A stretch of DNA of 64,000 bases, taken from an uncultured Gammaproteobacteria bacterium. GTDB taxonomy: Bacteria > Patescibacteriota > Patescibacteriia > UBA10025 > JAHIVO01. Position numbers and translations under genes: made by a program. Below are positions 20,805 through 27,367 of the stretch, in pieces. Positions within the stretch are counted from its first letter, which is position 1, and each line of letters opens with the position of its first letter. The stretch lies in assembly GCA_964415025.1 (NCBI GenBank), contig CAYPXF010000001.1, positions 9,390 to 73,389 of the forward strand, in the 5' to 3' direction. The notes under the pieces are model-generated. The model saw only the letters and a program-made list of their open reading frames with translations. It ran no database searches and was not told the DNA's origin.

Positions 20805-22625
20805 CTAACGCTTTAGCACTGCTAGAAACGCTTCCTGGGGGATATCTACCCGTCCGTGTGAACGCATGCGTTTTTTCCCCTTTTTCTGTTTTTCCAGGAG
20901 CTTGCGCTTTCGGGTGACATCGCCGCCATACAGATTTGCCGTGACATCTTTTCGGAGCGGCGGGATTCTGCCGGACGCTATTATTTTCGCGCCAATAGCT
21001 GCCTGGATTTTCAGCTCAAACTGCTGCCGTGGCAGCGCCTCTTTTAGCGTGTCGACGATTTTTCTGGCCACGACGTACGCTTCATCAGTATAAACGATGG
21101 TCGACAGCGCCTCAACTGTTTCTTCTGCAACCAATATGTCTAGCCGCGCTACGTTACATGTGCGGTACCCGATTACTTCATAATTCATAGAAGCAAATCC
21201 AGCACTCACACTCTTCAGTGTATCATAAAAATCAACGATAATGCTAGCTAACGGCATCTCGTAGTGCAGGACGACCTTGTGCTCGTCCAAATACTCGGTG
21301 GTTCGGTATTCGCCTCGCTTTTCCTGTACCAGCGTCATAGCTTCACCGATATAATCACTCGGCGTGATAATGTCAATCCGCGCCCATGGTTCTTCGATCG
21401 ACTCAATATACGACGGTTTTGGCAGCTGGTGGGGGCTGGTGATATGCAGAGTGGCAGCCGCGCCGTGCTTTTTATCTTTGCGCTCTTGCGCCTTTTGGCC
21501 AGCTTCATTAAGCGTAACCTGATAGCCTACAGATGGCGCGGTGATAATCAGAGCCAAATCATATTCACGCTTCAGCCGTTCCTGGAAAATTTCCAAATGC
21601 AATACGCCGAGAAAACCGCACCGAAAACCAAAACCCAGCGCCTCTGACTGTTCTGGTTCATAGAAAAGGGAGGCGTCATTAAGCGAGATTTTTTCTATAG
21701 CGTCACGCAAGTCTGGATAATCATCTCCTTCTTTGCAGTACACGCCGGCAAATACCATGGGTTTGAGCGTTTTGTATCCGGACAATGGCTTCGCGGCTGT
21801 TTTTTTTGCGCTGGTTATCGTATCACCGACGCGGCAATAATTGACGTCTTTGAGACCGGTCACAACATACCCGATATCGCCAGCGCTTATCTCTTCGCTG
21901 GCAATAAGCTGTGGGTGAAAATTTCCGACCTCAAGCACATCTGTCTGCTTTTGTGTCGCCATGAATTCAATCCGCTCCTGACTCTGTAATGATCCGGACA
22001 CGACACGTACATAGGCAATAACGCCGCGATATTCATCATATACTGAATCAAAAATAAGCATACGCAGCGGGTCCTGCTCCTGACCAGCTGGCGGTTGGAC
22101 TTGTTTAATAACTGCGTCCAGGACCTCTGTGACGTGCTCTCCTGTTTTTGCCGATACGGCAATAATATCCTCACGGGCACAGCCAATAAGCGACATTATG
22201 TCCTGTGCTGTTTTATCGACGTTTGCGTTTGGTAGGTCAATTTTATTGATAACAGGAATAATGGCGAGGTCTTGGTCAAGGGCTAAGTATAAATTTGCTA
22301 ATGTCTGCGCCTCAATTCCTTGCGTTGCGTCTATGAGCAATACCGCCCCCTCAACTGCGGCGAGCGAACGAGACACTTCGTATGAAAAATCCACGTGGCC
22401 CGGCGTGTCAATAAGGTTGAGCTCATAATCCCTGTACCTCATCTTAACCGGCTGAAGCTTGATAGTTATGCCTCGTTCGCGCTCGAGCTCCATCTGATCG
22501 AGTACCTGCTCCTTCATCGAGCGTTTAGCTACTGTTTTCGTTACTTCAATAAACCGGTCGGCCAATGTCGACTTTCCGTGGTCAATATGCGCAATAATAC
22601 AAAAATTTCTAATATGATTATCCAT
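20805..22625 (-). CDS. lepA: Elongation factor 4 (LepA)
   Basis: IRNFCIIAHIDHGKSTLADR, ERERGITIK, DTPGHVDFSYEVSRSL, GFRCGFLG, YGGDVTRKRKLLEKQKKGKKRM. Confidence 0.98.
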   Translation of the reverse strand: MDNHIRNFCIIAHIDHGKSTLADRFIEVTKTVAKRSMKEQVLDQMELERERGITIKLQPVKMRYRDYELNLIDTPGHVDFSYEVSRSLAAVEGAVLLIDATQGIEAQTLANLYLALDQDLAIIPVINKIDLPNANVDKTAQDIMSLIGCAREDIIAVSAKTGEHVTEVLDAVIKQVQPPAGQEQDPLRMLIFDSVYDEYRGVIAYVRVVSGSLQSQERIEFMATQKQTDVLEVGNFHPQLIASEEISAGDIGYVVTGLKDVNYCRVGDTITSAKKTAAKPLSGYKTLKPMVFAGVYCKEGDDYPDLRDAIEKISLNDASLFYEPEQSEALGFGFRCGFLGVLHLEIFQERLKREYDLALIITAPSVGYQVTLNEAGQKAQERKDKKHGAAATLHITSPHQLPKPSYIESIEEPWARIDIITPSDYIGEAMTLVQEKRGEYRTTEYLDEHKVVLHYEMPLASIIVDFYDTLKSVSAGFASMNYEVIGYRTCNVARLDILVAEETVEALSTIVYTDEAYVVARKIVDTLKEALPRQQFELKIQAAIGAKIIASGRIPPLRKDVTANLYGGDVTRKRKLLEKQKKGKKRMRSHGRVDIPQEAFLAVLKR

Positions 22626-22781
22626 AGGTAAAAATATTGATCAGTCTGGGTCTTGCCCCGTAAATAGCGAGCAAAGCGAGCTGTTGTACGGGGTGGTCAA
22701 TATGCGCAATAACTTGTCCCGTACAAGCGAACTCGGAGCGCTTGTATACGGGATACAAAAATTTCTAATATGATTATCCAT
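22578..22781. repeat. 48-bp direct repeat of the lepA 5' end (22578-22625; second copy 22693-22781 split by a 41-bp hairpin)
   Basis: GTGGTCAATATGCGCAATAA and TACAAAAATTTCTAATATGATTATCCAT each occur twice. Confidence 0.9.
22652..22753. repeat. Two related REP/MITE-like hairpins (22652-22693, 22713-22753)
   Basis: CTTGCCCCGTA...AGCGA...TACGGGG and CTTGTCCCGTACAAGCG...CGCTTGTATACGGGA. Confidence 0.75.
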
Positions 22782-22791
22782 GGTAGCGGTG

Positions 22792-24417
22792 TTAATTAAA
22801 ATGGTTATGATGTGTGAACAATAGCCGTCGAGCCTTTAGTACCCATTTATAGATTATAGAAACTTCATCGCAACGGAATATCAAAGCCAGTATAAGGTAA
22901 CAAATAATACCTACTGCCCCGGCGACCGTCCCCTGGATGAGGATACCGACAAAGCTTTGCATGTTCACGCCAAGCGCTAAAAAGTATTTTGCCGCTATGA
23001 CAACAGCTCCCATGATACCAGATACGAGGACTATCTTAGCGGTTGATATGACAATCTTCCGGTCATCCAGGTATCCTATTTTTTTGCGTAAGAATACCAG
23101 CAGCAAACTCATGTTAAACAAACTAGAAATGGAAAATGCCAAGGCCAGGCCAGTCACGCCGATCAATCGCGAAAAAATAACAGCACCGGCTACATTAATA
23201 AGCACGCTGCCGATAGCGATTTTTACCGGCGTCTTAGTATCGTGCCACGCATAAAACGAGCGCGCGAGCAACGGTATGACGCTTTGGGCAAACAGCGATA
23301 TAGAAAACATACCGAGTGTTTGTGCGGTTAAAAATGTATCCTCCCAGTCAAATGCGCCGGTACCCAGGATTACACGCACGATTTGCGCACGTAACAGCAG
23401 GATAAGGACAGAAACAGGTATGATAATAAATAATATTCGGCGGAAGCTTTTCGAAAAATGCGCAATAAACGCCTCGGTGCGTTTAGACGCATATGCCTCG
23501 CTTAAAAAAGGAAATGACGCTACTGCCACTGACACACCAAACACACTGATAGGAAAACTCTGCAAATTATTTGCTAGTGTAAAAACAGCGACCGACCCGG
23601 CAGCCAGCGTCGAACCGATGATGACGCTGATTAGCTGGTCAATCTGGTTTACCGCCAAACCAAATGTCCGTGGCAACATCAATCTGCCAATAGTTCGAAC
23701 CCCCTCGTGCTTATAATCGCGCACCGGGCGGTAACAATACCCTAAACGTATGACACCTGGCAGCTGTATGACTAAGTGAAACAATGAACCCAACACTACG
23801 CCATAGGCCAATCCATAAAGACCAAAAAATGGCACCAACAGTACAATTCCGATAATAATGCCGACATTATACACTACTGGCGCGAAAGCGAAGTTAATAT
23901 ACCGCTTAAACGAATTCAGGATGCTGGTCATGATATTACTAATACCGAAGAACAAGATACTGATCATCATAATTCTAGTCATGGTTATGGTCACTGCTTG
24001 TTTTTCCGCGGAAAAACCAGGCGCGATAAGCGGTACAATTACCGGAGCAAAAATAAAAAACACAATACCAAATAAAACCAGTCCAATCATCAGCAGATTG
24101 AGCATACTGTTGGCCAAATACCACACGTCATTCTTTTTCGATGGATCTTGCTTTGCTTTTTGTATGTATTCTATAAATACCGGAATAAATGCGGCTGATA
24201 AGGCGCCCAAAACCAACACGTTAAATACCAAATCCGGTATACGAAAGGCTGCGTAATATATATCCAGCTCATCACCCGCGCCAAATCGGTATGCCAGCAA
24301 GCGATCACGCATTAATCCAAGCAAACGGCTCGTCACAGAAGCCGCGGCTATAATAATTGCACCACCGGTTAAGGTGGTGGTGAGTTTTGACCATACTTTT
24401 CGCCACATAATGCGCAT
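22792..24417 (-). CDS. murJ: Lipid II flippase MurJ (MviN)
   Basis: SRLLGLMRD, AAFRIPD, GALSAAFIPVF, RSFYAWHDTKTP. Confidence 0.96.
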   Translation of the reverse strand: MRIMWRKVWSKLTTTLTGGAIIIAAASVTSRLLGLMRDRLLAYRFGAGDELDIYYAAFRIPDLVFNVLVLGALSAAFIPVFIEYIQKAKQDPSKKNDVWYLANSMLNLLMIGLVLFGIVFFIFAPVIVPLIAPGFSAEKQAVTITMTRIMMISILFFGISNIMTSILNSFKRYINFAFAPVVYNVGIIIGIVLLVPFFGLYGLAYGVVLGSLFHLVIQLPGVIRLGYCYRPVRDYKHEGVRTIGRLMLPRTFGLAVNQIDQLISVIIGSTLAAGSVAVFTLANNLQSFPISVFGVSVAVASFPFLSEAYASKRTEAFIAHFSKSFRRILFIIIPVSVLILLLRAQIVRVILGTGAFDWEDTFLTAQTLGMFSISLFAQSVIPLLARSFYAWHDTKTPVKIAIGSVLINVAGAVIFSRLIGVTGLALAFSISSLFNMSLLLVFLRKKIGYLDDRKIVISTAKIVLVSGIMGAVVIAAKYFLALGVNMQSFVGILIQGTVAGAVGIICYLILALIFRCDEVSIIYKWVLKARRLLFTHHNHFN

Positions 24418-24446
24418 AGTATAACAACTTATGCTACTTTTAGCAA
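24418..24446 (-). promoter_or_regulatory. murJ promoter (little or no leader)
   Basis: TTGCTA-17 nt-TATACT directly abutting the ORF start; the true start may be the second ATG. Confidence 0.55.
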
Positions 24447-24457
24447 CCCTTTATAAA

Positions 24458-25001
24458 TAATAATGTGCGTCGTAAAACGGCACACATAGTGTGCCACTCT
24501 GTTGCATGGCGAAGAGTCCCGAAAAAAACCGCGAGACCTCCTCCTCACAAAACCTCCCCTCCTGTTTCTGCTGCAACCTCCCCTCCGGAATACCCGTGCT
24601 CTATATAACCCATAAACGCTCTTCCCCTCCTCATACGAGGATGGACCACGAGAGGCAGCGCTTTAGTAATCCCCGCAGAGTGGGTAGGTGAGAAACAGGA
24701 GGAGAGGTGGTATCAAATAATGCCGATCCTTGACTTAATATAAGGCAAGGCATACCTCTATTTTGCGTAAAGCTTCGCCTTCGGCCGTGAGCTCGAGCCG
24801 GACGGAAAACTGCTATTCATAAAAAAGGGGGTTTCCGAAGTACTAAAAAAGCTGCCGGCTAGAGACGAAGGGTTATACAAGCTAGTTAAGTAAACGACGT
24901 TCTCTGGCGAGAACGCGAGGAGAGAGATTTGTCTACTCCCCTAGCTTGATCTCCGCCACTGTCTTAGCCAGCAGCTTTTTTATGCCCATAGCTGATGAGC
25001 A
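24458..25001 (-). ncRNA. Candidate large structured non-coding RNA 'B' (about 540 nt)
   Basis: Follows a consensus promoter; long stems 24981-24961/24866-24845 and 24708-24691/24569-24552 with nested helices; no long ORF. Confidence 0.55.
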
Positions 25002-25007
25002 CAGCGT

Positions 25008-25036
25008 ATTGTAAATAATATTTTATTATTTGTCAA
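25008..25036 (-). promoter_or_regulatory. Sigma70-type promoter firing into non-coding DNA
   Basis: TTGACA-17 nt-TACAAT. Confidence 0.7.
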
Positions 25037-25305
25037 TACATGACACCATTAGAAAAATGTGAGGAGGTTGACGGTTTATGAACCAAGCAACTTTCTTGCT
25101 ATTTACTGCACAATGGTGACATAATTTGGGCATATGTACAGCATACCGCCCGATTCAGGAATACTTAATTGCGTACTAACAGCGACCAACAACAGCACGG
25201 CTGCAATTGACATACATCCATAGAAAAAATGAAAATGCGGTATAATTTATAATGTACTGTCTCTCTCTTTTTCAAACACGAATAGTCTTCTTGTCTGGAA
25301 AAGAG

Positions 25306-25337
25306 AGGCGAGCTGTGGATCGAACACAGTCTCGCCT
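25306..25337 (-). other. tRNA minihelix-like hairpin (7-bp stem + 5-bp T-stem + TTCGATC loop)
   Basis: AGGCGAG-A-CTGTG-TTCGATC-CACAG-CTCGCCT. Confidence 0.6.
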
Positions 25338-25357
25338 ATGACAATCAAATATTAATC

Positions 25358-25888
25358 CTATTTCCAATGGCCAAACTGCTTGCCGATATAGGTATAATAC
25401 CTAATAACATTCGGCTCGACAGTCCATACGGCCTTGTGTAAATCAGCAGTCTTGCCGATTTCATTGAGCATCTGGCGTGGAAATTGGTAATAATAGTCCA
25501 ATCTCACCCATGTATCCACCGGTACCATATCTCCGTCATAAATCGGCTCATATGATTCAGTAACCGGCAATAAATTGCCTGACTGGCGGGGTAAAATGAT
25601 TACCCGTGCCCAACGGTTAATGCCAAAAAATGCATAACCGTATGTTGAATCTGATCCGGTATAAAATACCTGGAGCTTATCCCCACCAGCCATGCTTGTG
25701 TCTGCATATTCGAACCACTGAAGTGTCCGATATGTAGTTTCGGGTACATCCGTTTCGATAGTATCCGCATCGGTCAGTACCGGTACTACTGTTTCTGGTT
25801 GTGCGGGGGTAGCTTTTTCAACGACTTCATCGCCGCCGCACCCAGCAAATACTAGACAAACAATGAATAATACAACAAATAATCTCAT
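25358..25888 (-). CDS. Putative lipoprotein of unknown function
   Basis: Signal peptide with lipobox FAGC; strong SD AAAGGAG. Confidence 0.75.
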   Translation of the reverse strand: MRLFVVLFIVCLVFAGCGGDEVVEKATPAQPETVVPVLTDADTIETDVPETTYRTLQWFEYADTSMAGGDKLQVFYTGSDSTYGYAFFGINRWARVIILPRQSGNLLPVTESYEPIYDGDMVPVDTWVRLDYYYQFPRQMLNEIGKTADLHKAVWTVEPNVIRYYTYIGKQFGHWK

Positions 25889-26053
25889 GACGTACTCCTT
25901 TGTACATAGGATTTATTGATTGTAATGTGCTTCTTTTTTCAGAAAATAATACTGCTTATTTCCTGGAAAAAGAGGGGGAAGGTTATTTTAACAATATCAT
26001 GTATGACATAATATTGTTAATCATATAACCTTCCCAGAGTAATAGTTGAATAC

Positions 26054-26533
26054 CTACATAAACCATGGCGCGGCAAAGATTATAATACTCACAATCCAAG
26101 CCACACCGGCTATAGCGTAAACACCGATTGCCAGCGGCATACCGACGCGAAATCCGTAGCAAGCGAGCCACGATCCTCCCAGTGTGCATGCAATTGTCCC
26201 GGCGATTACAGTGAAGATAAACATTACAAAGCGGCGAGCGATTTCAATGCTTAGAAATGAGTCAGGGTTTAACGCCGAACTCATTCCTATCCATTCAGAC
26301 GGAGGTGGTAAGAGAAAGTGAGCCATGAGAAAGAAAGAAGCGACTCCCATGGCTGCCTTCCAGTCCTCATCCCAGTCCTCCCAGCTGGATTTCCACCAGT
26401 TGCTGGTGTATAGCAAGGTAAAAAATCCTACTCCGATCGGCGCATAAAAAACAAAAGAGTTTTCTATCATTGCGCCTATGGTGCTGACACCGATCGTGGT
26501 CAGCACAACAATAAGTCTGGCTATCTTTGACAT
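26054..26533 (-). CDS. Orphan membrane protein (about 5 TM segments)
   Basis: Hydrophobic segments, Trp/acidic loop WWKSSWEDWDEDW; strong SD AAAGGAG. Confidence 0.75.
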   Translation of the reverse strand: MSKIARLIVVLTTIGVSTIGAMIENSFVFYAPIGVGFFTLLYTSNWWKSSWEDWDEDWKAAMGVASFFLMAHFLLPPPSEWIGMSSALNPDSFLSIEIARRFVMFIFTVIAGTIACTLGGSWLACYGFRVGMPLAIGVYAIAGVAWIVSIIIFAAPWFM

Positions 26534-26838
26534 TTTGTCTCCTTTATCTTGTAAAGATCATTATTTGCCTATCACCGGTATGAAGGCGAGATAACCTGCC
26601 TTAGTCCTATGCTACATAGCACGGCAGATTCAGCAGTGCTACCGCATCATGCGCAGTATATACCGCGCATGTGCCGCATATCACGGCCGCTCCTCTCTCC
26701 CCCATGTCCAGTGACAGCTAACTCCTTACGCAGCAGTTGACCGGATAACCAGTCCACCGCTGTGGAAGGGGGCAAAAAGAATGATTCTTTTTGCCTGGAG
26801 GATGATTGGTGTGTAAAGTGCGGATAACGGGTAAAATT

Positions 26839-26940
26839 TGGTGAGAGGCGAAAGGAGTTGAACCTTCCGCGGCCTTATTATTTCAGCCGGCGCACTCCCT
26901 CGCAGCACAGCCACTCGCGAAAGCACATCCCTGCCCTCTC
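26839..26940 (-). ncRNA. Non-canonical tRNA-like element ending in CCA
   Basis: 5' GAGAGG pairs with CCTCTC-A-CCA; T-arm GGAAGG-TTCAACT-CCTTTC; no canonical D-arm or anticodon arm. Confidence 0.55.
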
Positions 26941-27105
26941 AATATTTCCAATGACCAGGAGGTTAGTGGCCGGCCTTTGCTGCATAGCAGCGGCCGTGCC
27001 AGACGTCTGAACCGATATGTTCTAGTTCGCACCAGAACATAACAAGTTCATAATGACATCTGTTACTAATCCCCCCTTATCACTGGAAATATTGTATCCT
27101 GCATA

Positions 27106-27142
27106 CAAAAAACGAGCACTCTATGGGGAGACTCGTTTTTTG
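27106..27142. terminator. Terminator-like hairpin with T-tracts on both strands
   Basis: CAAAAAACGAG...CTCGTTTTTTG. Confidence 0.55.
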
Positions 27143-27297
27143 CTTGAATTATTGGTTGTTCGGTACCATACTATACCGCGCATACGCACAATGCACTATT
27201 GTATTCACGCGCTTTACAATTTGGGTCTCTCTCCCCATTTGTTCCCCGGCGCATCGGAGAACTATATATTTGATTGTAAAAAACAGTGTAACAGATA

Positions 27298-27326
27298 AGC
27301 ATATACCCAAACCAAAAAACTGTCAA
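27298..27326 (-). promoter_or_regulatory. Sigma70-type promoter firing into non-coding DNA
   Basis: TTGACA-17 nt-TATGCT. Confidence 0.65.
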
Positions 27327-27367
27327 GGCCAGCTATCCACAGCCTGACTTTATTTACCTAATATTAG

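Larger units (their letters stand above)
26560..27291 (-). ncRNA. Candidate large ornate non-coding RNA or leader 'A' (about 730-750 nt)
   Basis: Follows a consensus promoter; near-continuous helices, many completed by G.U pairs only on the - strand; no credible ORF. Confidence 0.6.

Noticed and set aside
25207-25246. Plus-strand promoter TTGACA...TATAAT
   Set aside because: Spacing of about 28 nt is far from 16-18
25247-26053. Integron cassette array (hairpins after orphan genes as attC sites)
   Set aside because: No clear RYYYAAC/GTTRRRY ends and no integrase in the window
26839-26940. Canonical tRNA, tRNA-Sec or tmRNA
   Set aside because: No D-arm or 7-nt anticodon loop, no TCA anticodon, no GGATTCGAC-type tmRNA 5' motif or tag ORF; kept only as tRNA-like
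26726-27347. Short ORFs at 26726, 27053 and 27123, plus 24491 and 25983
   Set aside because: No SD or recognisable motifs; they overlap strongly paired RNA-like sequence
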